The notes under the pieces: model-generated
The model's input: the letters and a program-made list of their open reading frames with translations, nothing else
Databases searched by the model: none
What the model was told of the DNA's origin: nothing
Position numbers and translations under genes: made by a program
Assembly: GCF_028641065.1 (NCBI RefSeq)
Contig: NC_073399.1
Coordinates: forward strand, 32,674,001 to 32,738,000
From: Leucoraja erinacea
Lineage: Eukaryota
DNA: 64,000 bases
Direction: 5' to 3'
In this document: piece by piece, positions 24,996 through 36,145 of the stretch
How positions within the stretch are numbered: position 1 is the first letter of the stretch
How the letters are laid out: every line of letters starts with the position of its first letter

Positions 24996-27119
24996 AATAT
25001 ACAATGAATGCTGACTTTGGAGCCAAACACATCTCATGATCAAGTACACTGTTGTAATCACGTGTAGTCTTTTAGCTGACTGACTAGCACCCAACAGAAA
25101 TGCCTTTCACTGTACCTCGGTACATGTGACAATTACAAACTAAATTAAGTAGGACTGGAGGCGTGGGTTAGAATCCCACTTCTGACACCATGTAAAGAAG
25201 TCTCACCAACACATCGTGTCTTTACTAATTGTTTATTGATAGTACACAAGCATTGCTGTTCTAGCTGTACGTGGTCTGTCACCGGAGCTAGAGAGAGAGA
25301 ACTATGGGTGGGGAGGTTGCAATTATACATCTAGTAAGGGGAGTGGTTAGCAGTGGTGAGGTCACTATGTTAAAGGCACATGCACTAGTCATCTACACAA
25401 ACAATTGGAAATATAAGGAACTGCAGATGCTGGAATCCTGAGCAAAAGCTAAAGTGCTGGAAGAACTCCCCAGGTGTTCCGGTTTCTTCCCTCACTCCAA
25501 ACTCGTGCAAGTTTGTAGGTTAATTGGCTTCAGTAAAAATTGCAAATTGGCCCCAGTGTGTAGGATAGTGCCAGTGATTGTTGGCGCAGATTCAGTTGGA
25601 CAAAGGGCCTGTTTCGATGCTATATCCCTAAACTAATCTAAACTAAAACTCAGCTGGGTCAGGCAATATCTACGGAGAAAAGGAATCGGTAACATTTCGG
25701 TTCCTCTGACCAGGAGCATCTTTGGAGGGAATGGACGGAGGATGTTTTAGGTTTGAAGAGAGGCTCCAACTTGAAACGTTGCCTGTCCAATCCCTCCAAA
25801 GATGATGCCTGACCTGCTGAGTTCTTCCAGCACTTGGTCTTTTTTCTCAACAATGGTAAAAACAATAGTTACACCTAGTGAAGTAACGTCCTCTGAATAT
25901 CTACTTGAGAGTGTCTACCGCCATCTGTTGATGCTCTGTGATACTGCGTTAGTTTGCAAGGTCAGATGGCAACTAATTTCTGTCCACTGCTCATGATGTG
26001 CAGCTGCCTCAGCAACAGTAATAGTCATTTGATTGATTTATTTCACCCTCTGTGTGAAAATATTTCCCCTCAGGTTTCTATTAAATCTTCCCCCCCCCCT
26101 CACCTTAAACCTATAGGTTGGGGTCAGGTGAAAGTCTCTGGGCATTCGCCATCCTTATCCCCTCCTGATTTTATACACATAGTTATCAGATCATCCCGCA
26201 GACTCCTGCACTCCAATAAATAAAGTCGTAGCCTGCCCAATCTCCCCCTATACCTCAGGCCCTGGAGTCCTGATAAGATCCTAGTGAATCTTCTCTGCAC
26301 TCTTCCCAGCTTAATGGATTTTGATGCCAAATTATTCCACAGCCATTCACGTTAAGCATGTTTATGATCCTGACCTCTTGCACTACTGCTGTGCATGCTA
26401 GCACCAAGGCCTAAGGTGAGGGGACTGCTGTGGGCAAAAGGAATGGCAACTTCTAACCACCAAGGATTGTTGAGGCATTGAGGCACGTCCAATGAGCACG
26501 TCCATTGCTCTTTCTTGGTGTGCCTTCTCATATCTATCAGTCCTCCTGCGTCCTTGTTATAGCCCATCAGTCAGTCAGCCACCTCATAAGATCATAACCC
26601 TACGATCATGAGACCATTCAGCCCATCGAGTCTGTTCCACCATTCGATCATGGCTGATTTATATTTTTCCACTCAACCCCATTTTCTTGCCTTCTCCCCG
26701 CCACCTTTGACATCCTTACTCTCAATCTCCGTTTAAAAATACACAGCGTCTGTGGCAATGAATCCCTCAGATTCACCACCTTTTCGTTAAAGAAATTCCT
26801 GCTCATTGGCTGGGCTGATGCTGTCAGGTACCTTGGGCTTGAAGGCTCCGTGAAGTTCAGGATCGTTCCACACAGAAAACCACGGGCTTTCGACTCACTT
26901 ACTGCAGCCACTGGAGTAGCACTGTAGAGGAACATTTGATCAGCAAGAATGATGATGAATGATTAATAAAACAGCACAGTGGTGCAGCTTACAGGGCAGC
27001 TGCCTCATCAAATACTGTTCAAAAGTCACTCTGCTGAGGTTCCTATTACAAATTTGAAAGTAAACGCACAGCGGTGCAGTCTGCAGTAATATTGCCTCCA
27101 TATTGCCTCCAATATTGCC

Positions 27120-27667
27120 AATATTGGTCTCCAAATCTGAGGAAGGACATTATTGCCATAGAGGCAGTGCAGAGAAGGTTCACCAGACTGATTCCTGGGA
27201 TGTCAGGACTGTCTTATGAAGAAAGACTGGATAGACTTGGTTTATACTCTCTAGAATTTAGGAGATTGAGAGGGGATCTTATAGAAACTTACAAAATTCT
27301 TAAGGGGTTGGACAGGCTAGATGTAAGAAGATTGCTCCCGATGTTGGGGAAGTCCAGGACAAGGGGTCACAGTTTAAGGATAAGGGGGAAATCCTTTAAA
27401 ACCGAGATGAGAAGAACTTTTTTCACACAGAGAGTGGCGAATCTCTGGAACTCTCTGCCGCAGAGGGTAGTCGAGGCCAGTTCATTGGTTATATTTAAGA
27501 GGGAGTTAGATGTGGCCCTTGTGGCTAAGGGGATCAGAGGGTATGGAGAGAAGGCAGGTACGGGATACTGAGTTGGATGATCAGCCATGATCATATTGAA
27601 TGGCAGTGCAGGCTCGAAGGGCCGAATGGCCTACTCCTGCACCTATTGTCTATGTTTCTATGTTTCT
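27120..27667 (+). mobile_element. Young CR1 3' fragment
   Basis: Uninterrupted ORF2 C-terminus plus 3' UTR. Confidence 0.9.
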
Positions 27668-28561
27668 ATGCCTCACAGCACCAGAGACTTGAATTCAATT
27701 CTGACCTCAGGTGCTGACTTGTGTGGAGTTTGCACGTTCTCCCTGTAACTGTGTGGATTTCCTCTGGATGCCCAGGTTTCCTCCCACATCCCAAAGACGG
27801 GTGGGTTTGTAGGGTAAGTAGCCTCTGTAAAGTGCCCCAAGCGTGTCGGAAGTGAATGCGAAAGAGGGATAGCATGGACTAGTGTGAATGGGTGATCAAT
27901 AGTCAGTATGGACCCGGTGGGTCGAAGGGCCTGTTACAAAAGGCGAATCTTTCATTCAGTCAAAGTAAGTTTGCCCGCAGTATGGTTTCATTTACAAAAC
28001 AAAGTAGATATTTTATTGTGTGTTGATTTTAATGTTTTCCTTTGGGTCTCAGAGAATGATATGATGATTAGTGACAGCAGGAAGAGAATGGAGGGGCTGG
28101 TGTGAATGAGCAAAATGATCGATTGTTGTTCGTTGTAGTCCACTTGAATTAGTTCTTCATTGGTAGAAAGGAACTGTTTGGGGCAGAACCTTCCTTCCTC
28201 AGATGTGTCTTCCATGTCTTCCAGCAAAGAATCCCACTCAGGTGCTGTCTGCGTGGAGTTTGCACGTTCTCCCTAGGACAACGTGGGTTTCCCCTGGGTG
28301 CTCCTGTTTCCTCCCACACCCCACAGACGTGCGGGATTGTAGATTAATTGGTCTATGTAAATATTTTCCCTACTGTGCAGGGAGTAGATGAGAAAGTGGA
28401 TAACATAGAACAAGTGTGAATGGGTCGGCATGGACTCGGTGGGCCGAAGGGACTATTTCCATGCTGTATCTCCAAACTCAACTGAACTAACACTAAATTA
28501 AATGTAAATAAAAGAATGAATGCATTCTTGCCTACAAATGTGATAGGGTTACTTTGTGATT

Positions 28562-28938
28562 GTTTAAGGGGTTGGACAGGCTAGATGCAGGAAGATTGCT
28601 CCCGATGTTGGGGAAGTCCAGGACAAGGGGTCACAGCTTAAGGATAAGGGGGAAATCCTTTAAAACCGAGATGAGAAGAACTTTTTTCACACAGAGAGTG
28701 GTGAATCTCTGGAACTCTCTGCCACAGAGGGTAGTCGAGGCCAGTTCATTGGCTATATTTAAGAGGGAGTTAGATGTGGCCCTTGTGGCTAAGGGGATCA
28801 GAGGGTATGGAGAGAAGGCAGGTATGGGATACTGAGTTGGATGATCAGCCATGATCATATTGAATGGCGGTGCAGGCTCGAAGGGCCGAATGGTCTACTC
28901 CTGCACCTAATTTCTATGTTTCTATGTTTCTATGTTTC
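28562..28938 (+). mobile_element. Young CR1 3' fragment
   Basis: Same family as 27120-27667; tail of three tttctatg units. Confidence 0.9.
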
Positions 28939-28955
28939 CACATATCTTGTGGAAA

Positions 28956-29255
28956 GAAAATAACGGGTCTTGTCAAGTTCAAGAAAAGCCATTGACTTCC
29001 TCCAGCTGCTCTCCTTGTTTTGTGCTATCAGGTTCTGTCAACTAGATGAGGACCACCCCAGCTTTATTGACTGTGTTTAAATGCTACTGAGAGCTGCCTG
29101 ATGAACACCAAACAGCAGCCTGCCTCCATCATCTTGATTTACATTAATAGAATCTCCAATTCTGAAGGTCCAATTCTTGTGTCATCTACTCTGCACATCC
29201 GATTCCAAGTTGTCAGTGTGATTTGACTACAGCTGTAGTCATAATCCTACTAAAC
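28956..29255 (+). repeat. Copy A of a local duplication (copy B at 32633-32919)
   Basis: ~290-300 bp near-identical direct repeat that does not match any TE seen elsewhere in the window. Confidence 0.9.
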
Positions 29256-29429
29256 TGTGGGAATGTGTGGAAAGGAACGGCAGATGCTGGTTTATACGGA
29301 AAACAGACACAAAGAGCTGGAGTAACTCAGTGGGTCAGGCAGCATCTCTGGAGAAAAGGACCAGGTGATGTTTCGGGTCAGAACCCTTCTTCAGGGTGAA
29401 ATTAGAAGGTAAACTGGATGTAGGAAAAA

Positions 29430-30312
29430 TACTAGAAAGTGGGGGGGGGGGAGGGGGGGGGGGGGGGGGGGGGAGTTTCCTTTTTGTACCCTTTTCTACC
29501 TTAAGTTCCCGCCCATCGGACACGGAAATCGCTATCAAAATATGGAGGGGACCGAGAAACAGGGGGGACACAATTTCATGGCGGCCACGTGCGCATGTGC
29601 ACACACACACGCGCACGAGGCTTCGGAGGCTCAATCCAGTGCTAAATGCAGCTCAACTCTGCCTGTCTCGCCGGGTTAACCTACAGCCCTCCCTGGACTG
29701 ACGGGACACCAGCGCTGCTTCTCCGCGCTGGCTGTAAACCTGGGCCATATTTCCCGCAAGTCCAGGCAGGGCTGTAGGTTAACCTGGTGGAACAGGCAGA
29801 GTTGAGCTAGGTTTTGCTCTGCTTCTCTGCGCTGGCTGTGGGACAGGGGGCACAGCTCCCGCCTGACTCCCGACGTCTCTGGCCACCCGTGGGGGGGCAC
29901 TCAGGTGGGGACGGGACATGCCGGAGAGCCGGGATCGATCCTGGCTGCGGATGAGGCGCAGGTCTGTGCCGAGAGTGTTTTGGCACGTCTCCCTCCTCCA
30001 ATTACCACACTATCCTCAGTCCCACCCCCCCCCCCCCACTCCTCCCTCCTCAAATGATCGCGCTGATTCATCATGTCCCGCCCCCATTGCCTGCTGACTG
30101 ACATCTCTCTCGTCCAATCGGCGTCCTCGATCAGCAGTCCCACCCCCACTGTCTCGCGGAAAGCGGAGATTTCACCGGGTTTTAAAATCCGGATTACAAA
30201 AACTGGGGGGGGGGGGGGGGGGGGTCATCCCCCCTCCCAAAACAGAGAGGAGTGATGTGTTCCCCCTGCCCCCCCCCCCCCCCCCCCCCCCCCACTGGGA
30301 TTTCCGCCCCTG
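29430..30312. mobile_element. GC-rich non-autonomous DNA transposon-like element (hAT-like end)
   Basis: Right end reads CAGGGGCGGAAATCCC on the minus strand; poly-G/C subterminal tracts and an internal inverted repeat at ~29650-29810. Confidence 0.45.
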
Positions 30313-30685
30313 CCGCTCATAAAACACTAGCTCTATGTTATCCCACTTTTTCATCCACGCCCTCCACAATTTATAGAGGCCAATTAAACTATCAACCTGC
30401 ACGACTGTGGGAGGAAACCAGAGCACAAGGAGGAAATTCATGCGGTCACAGGGAGAACGTGCAAACTCCCCACAGACAGCATCTGAGGTCAGGATTGAAC
30501 CCAGGTCTCTGGCGCTGTGAAAGGTAGCTCCTCCACCAACTGTGTGAGTGCGCTTCCCATGTTGGTGTGATGTGATGTGACTCCTAACAAACAGGTCACA
30601 CACCATTTGCAGACTGGTACATTTAGTGTTGTCTCTGGAGGTGAGTTTGTGGGCAGTCACTCTCAGCAGCAAGAGTGCCGCCAAG

Positions 30686-31026
30686 AAAGCAAGCGCTGTC
30701 TGCGGAGGGCGCTCAGCATCGCCAAGGACTGCTCTCACCCCAACCATGGACTGTTTACCCTCCTACCATCCGGGAGGCGCTACAGGTCTCTCCGTTGCCG
30801 AACCAGCAGGTCGAGGAACAGCTTCTTCCCAGCGGCTGTCACTCTACTCAACAACGTACCTCGGTGACTGCCAAATCACCCCCCCCCCCCCCCCCCCGGA
30901 CACTTATTATTATTTATTCAAATCATTTGCTATGTCGCTCTTCCAGGGAGATGCTAAATGCATTTTGTTGTCTCTGTACTGTACACTGACAATGACAATT
31001 AAAATTGAATCTGAATCTGAATCTGA
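30686..31026 (+). mobile_element. Short Rex1-type 3' fragment (inverted twin at 38386-38747)
   Basis: HPNHGLFTLLPSGRRYRSLRCRTSRSRNSFFP; (GAATCT)n tail. Confidence 0.85.
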
Positions 31027-31833
31027 AGAAAGACATGAATTAACTGCACTGGTGAATTTATGTTGACACTTGCTTTTAGTTCCAGTAAGGGGCGCTACTT
31101 CTCCACATTGACAGAGGTCCAACCACTCCTGTACAGATAAACACTAGGTATAGTGTGAGACCAATGCAAACAACTCTTAGAGGGTTTAGAGGGATATGGG
31201 TCAAACGTGGTCAAATGAGATTAGCTGAGATAATCTTGGTCGGCATGGACAACTTGGGCAAAAGGGGCTTGCTTCTGTGCTGTATCACATTACGACCCTA
31301 TGACTAACATCCCAGTCTTCCCGTAACTCCTCCACAATGGAGGCATTTTATTTTGTATGCTGTATGATTCTAAGTAGTGTCCCAACCCGAAACGTCCCCT
31401 ATCCATGTCCGTCAGAGTTGCCGTGTGTTCTGTTTATGTAAACCAGCATCTACAGTTCCTTGTTTCTACGCTATTGTTTTCCAGATTTCTACCCAAATTT
31501 CCACCGACCCTGGTTGTGTGGCAATAAATTATATCTAATCTAATCTAATCTAAATGAGGCACAATGTCCCTGGAATGAGCAACCTCCCACTAAATTTGCC
31601 GTGGCAGATAAGGAGACTTAATTTAGAGAGTCATCGTCGTAAACAGTGTGTAAACAGGTCTTCGGCCCAACTTGCCCACACCGACCAACATGTCCCATCT
31701 ACACTAGCCCCGTGCTCCTGATTCCTCCAACACCCCACAGACGTGCGGGATTGTAGATTAATTGGTCTCTGGACATTTTTTCCCTAGTGTGCAGGGTGTA
31801 GATGAGAAAGTGGGTAACATAGAACAAGCGTGA

Positions 31834-32617
31834 ATTGTATTGTATTGTATTGTATTGTATTTTAATGACCACACAGCCAGGCTGGTGGAATTTGTTACCA
31901 TACAGCTCAGTACAGGTTCCAACGTTTCATCAAACATTAAACATATAGCATAGATATACATACAGACAGACACATTCCATAATACATAAGGGCCATGCTT
32001 ATTCTTATTCCTCACCGTACAGAGTTTAAAATGTTAATTGCAGAGGGAATGAAACTGTTTTTGAAGCGGTTTGTTTTGGAGGCAATTGTCCTGTAGCGCC
32101 TCCCAGAGGGCAGTAGCTGAAAGGCATAGTGTGCAGGGTGAAAAGGATCAGAGATGATCTTGCGGGCTCTGTGTAATGTCCGTTTGTGGTAAAGTGATTC
32201 AAGGGATGGTAGGGGTAAGCCAATAATTTTAGATGCTCTGTTGATGATGCGCTGTAATTTCTTCCGGGAGAGTGAGTCGAGACTGCCGAACCAGACTGTG
32301 ATGGATGAAGTGAGGATGCTTTCGATGATGGCTGTATAGAAGCGGAGCATGAGATGAGACCTTGCTCTGAACTTCCTGAGCTGTCGGAGATGGAAAAGTC
32401 TTTGCTGGGCTTTTCCATAGATGTGGTCTGCGTTTGTCCTCCATTTGAGGTTGTTGCTGATGTGGGTTCCAAGGAGTTTGAATGTGTCAGTGATGAAGAT
32501 GGATTCACCTTTAATGAGCACAGGAGTTTTGGGGGATGGCTGGCGTCTTGGGTCGATGATGAGTTCTTTTGTTTTTGATGAGTTGAGTAAGAGATCATGG
32601 TCTGTGCACCAGGTCAC
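31834..32617 (-). mobile_element. Rex1/Babar LINE 3' fragment
   Basis: WCTDHDLLLNSSKTKELIID...KAQQRLFHLRQLRKF...NSFIPSAINILN; (ACAAT)n tail. Confidence 0.85.
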
Positions 32618-32919
32618 TGTGGGTGATCGATGGAAAATAACGGGTCTTGTCAAGTTCAAGAAAAGCCATTGACTTCCTCCAGCTGCTCTCCTTGTTTTGT
32701 GCTATCAGGTTCTGTCAACTAGATGAGGACCACCCCAGCTTTATCGACTGTGTTTAAATGCTACTGGGAGCTGCCTGATAAACAACAAATAGCAGCCTGC
32801 CTCCATCATCTTGATTTACATTAATAGAATTTCCAATTCTGAATGTCCAATTCTTGTGTCATCTGATTCCAAGTTGTTAGTGTGATTTGAATACAGCTGT
32901 AGTCATAATCTTACTAAAC

Positions 32920-34690
32920 AAGATACACGATACAAGAGAGTTTATTGTCATGTGTCCCAGATAAGACAATGAAATTCTTGCTTTGCTTCAGCACTACAGA
33001 ATATAGAAGACATGAATACAGAACAGATCAGTGTGTCCATATACCATAATATAAATATATACACACATGAATAAATAAAACAGATAAAGTGCAAATAAAC
33101 AGAAAATGGGTTCAGAGTTTTGTTTGAGTTGAGTTTAATAGCCTGATGGCTGTGGGGAAGTAGCTGTTTCTGAACCTGGATGTTGCAGTCTTCAGGCTCC
33201 TGTACCTTCTACCTGAAGGTAGCAGGGAGATGAGTGTGAGGCCAGGATGGTGTGGGTCCTTGATGATACTGCCAGCCTTTTTGAGGCAGCGACTGCGATA
33301 GATCCCCTTGATGGAAGGAAAGTCAGAGCCGATGATGGACTGGGCAGTGTTTACTACTTTTTGTAGTCTTTTCCGCTCCTGGGCGCTCAAGTTGCAGAAC
33401 CAAGCCACGATGCAACCGGTCAGCATGCTCTCTACTGTGCACCTGTAGAAGTTCGAGAGAGTCCTCCTTGACAAACTGATTCTCCGTAATCTTCTCAGGA
33501 AGTAGAGGCACATGTGCTTTCTTTATAATTGCATCAGTGTTCTGGGACCAGGAGAGATCTTCAGAGATGTGCACGCCCAGGAATTTGAAGCTCTTGACCC
33601 TTTCCACTATCGACCCTACCTCTTCCAAAGTCCAAAATCAGTTCCTTGGTTTTGCTGGTGTTGAGGGCCAGGTTATTGTGCTAGCACCATTTGGTCAGTC
33701 GGTTGATCTCTCTTCTATACTCTGACTCGTCCCCATCAGTGATACAAGACTGGTGTCGTCAGCGAAGTTGATGATGGAGTTCGCACTATGACCGGCTACG
33801 CAGTCATGAGTATAGAGTGAGTACAGCAGGGGGCTGAGCACGCAGCCTTGACGTGCTCCGGTGCTGATTGTCATCGAGCTGACACATTTCCACCAATTCG
33901 AACAGTCTGTGGTCTGTGAATGAGGAAGTCGAGGATCCAATTGCAGAGAGATGCGCAGAGGCCCAGTTCTGCGAGTTTAGTAACCAGCTAGGAGGGGATG
34001 ATTGTATTAAATGCCGAGCTGTAATCAATGAATATTAGCCTGACTAATGAGTTTTTGTTGTCCAAATGGTCCAGAGCGGAGTGGAGAGCCAGCGAGATCG
34101 CATCCACCATTGTTCTGTTGTGGCGGTAAGCGAACTGCAGTGGGTCTAGGTTTTTGTCGAGGTAGGAGTTGATTTGCGCCATGATCAACCCCTCAAAGCA
34201 CTTCATCACCACAGACATTAGTGCCACTGGTCGATAGTCATTGAGGCACGTCACCTTGCTCTTCCTGGGCACCGGTATAATTGATGCCCTTTTAAAGCAG
34301 GTGGGGACCTCAGACCTCAGAAGTGCGAGGTTGAAAATGTCCGTAAAAACTCCAGTCAGTTGGCCCGCACAAGTTTTAGAACACGATCGGGTATACCATC
34401 AGGTGCTTTTCGAGGGTTCACCCCTCTGAAGGATTTTCTGATGCCGGCCTCTGAGACTGAAATACCATCATGGCGAATGGGGGCTCGGAAAGGAACATCA
34501 GTTTTCTCCCTATCAAAGCGTGCGTAAATCGCATTGAGCTCGTCAGAGAGTGATGGTACGCCGACATTTGAGCTACCTCCTGATTTCGCCTTGTAGGATT
34601 GCATTCAGGCCCCGCCACAGCTGCCGAACATCTGTCTCATCCCCCAGCTTGGAGCAGAAGTCCCCCTTTGGCCTTTTTGATGGCCACACC
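32920..34690 (-). mobile_element. Rex1/Babar LINE, longer RT-containing fragment (degenerate)
   Basis: [48 protein letters not shown] and FADDT motifs spread over several frames. Confidence 0.9.
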
Positions 34691-34929
34691 GTGGGAATGT
34701 GTGGAACGCAACGGCAGATGCTGGTTTCTCGGAGAACGGAGAAAAGGAATCAAAGAGGACAGAGGAAGAGCAGGAAGCAGAGAGAAGAGAAACAAAGTTG
34801 GAAAATGAGGATCAGAGAGAGGAATGGAGAGAACATCAGATCTTGGTTCTTGGTTTCTTGGTCCTCCAAAATATTCCAAATGGAATTTAAACTGGAGGTG
34901 GTGAAGGGAGGGCTTAAGCCAGAAAGGGT

Positions 34930-35390
34930 TATTGGGAAGAAAGAGCTACTTTAAATTTAGTTGCATCTGGTTGGGTAACTATAGTTGGGTGGAGATTATT
35001 CCATGCTTTAATTGTGCGGGGGAAGAACGAATTGCTGTACACATCTGTCTTTGTAGCTGGGATCACAAATTGGATCGAATGCCCTCGTCTGCTCCTAATT
35101 GGTTTGGGTTTGGTGTAGGTCTTGTAATCTATGTCGAGCTGACCATTTAACATTTTGTAAAAACAGGTCAAACGGTGAGCTTCACGTCTGTCTGTCTTGG
35201 AGAGGGTTCCACCCCAGAGAATTCAGAAGTTTGGTGACACTCGCTTCTCTCTCATAGGTGTTAGTAACAAATCGAGCTGCCTGTCTTTGGACACGTTCGA
35301 TGGAAGACATTTTTTTATTTGTGTATGGGTCCCATGCTGCAACTGCGTAGTCCAAATGAGGTCTAAATACTGCGTAGTCCAAATGAGATC
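34930..35390 (-). mobile_element. CR1-group LINE 3' fragment of a different lineage (Crack/Daphne or invertebrate-CR1-like)
   Basis: LDYAVAAWDPY...IERVQRQAARFV...SFFPRTIKAWNNL. Confidence 0.7.
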
Positions 35391-35724
35391 GTGCGATGAT
35401 TTTTAGTTTTAGAGACACAGCGTGCAAACAGACCTTTTGACCCACTGAGTCAGCGCCAACTCACAATCTCCTGTACATTAGCTCTATCCTACACAATTTC
35501 CTGAAGCCAATTAACCTACAAACCAGCATGTCTTTGGAATGTGGGAGGCAGCTGGAGCACCCCGAGAAAACCCACGTAGTCACAGGGAGAAGGTACAAAC
35601 TTATTACAGACAGCATCTGTAGTCAGCATTCAAGCCAGGTTTCTGGTGATGTAAGGCAGCAACTCTAATGCTGCGCCACCATGCCTCTCCAAAGTTACCA
35701 GTTTTAAAGATAAAACTTTTAATA

Positions 35725-36145
35725 ACCATATAACAATTACAGCACGGAAACAGGCCATCTCGACCCTTCTAGTCCGTGCCGAACACATAATCTCCCCAAG
35801 TCCCATATACCTGCGCTCAGACCATAACCCTCCATTCCCTTCCCGTCCATATAACTATCCAATTTATTTTTAAATGATAAAAACGAACCTGCCTCCACCA
35901 CCTTCACTGGAAGCTCATTCCACACAGCTACCACTCTCTGAGTAAAGAAGTTCCCACTCATGTTACCCCTAAACTTCAGTCCCTTAATTCTCAAGTCATG
36001 TCCCCTTGTTTGAATCTTCCCTACTCTCAGTGGGAAAAGCTTTTCCACGTCAACTCTGTCTATCCCTCTCATCATTTTAAAAACCTCTATCAAGTCCCCC
36101 TTTAACCTTCTGCGCTCCAAAGAATAAAGCCCTAACTTGTTCAAC
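35725..36145 (-). mobile_element. CR1 3' fragment, second young family (also at ~47610-48010(-), 52075-52318(+), 56714-56950(+))
   Basis: LGLYSLERRRLKGDLIEVFK...WNELPVKVVEAG; (TATATGGT)n tail. Confidence 0.85.
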
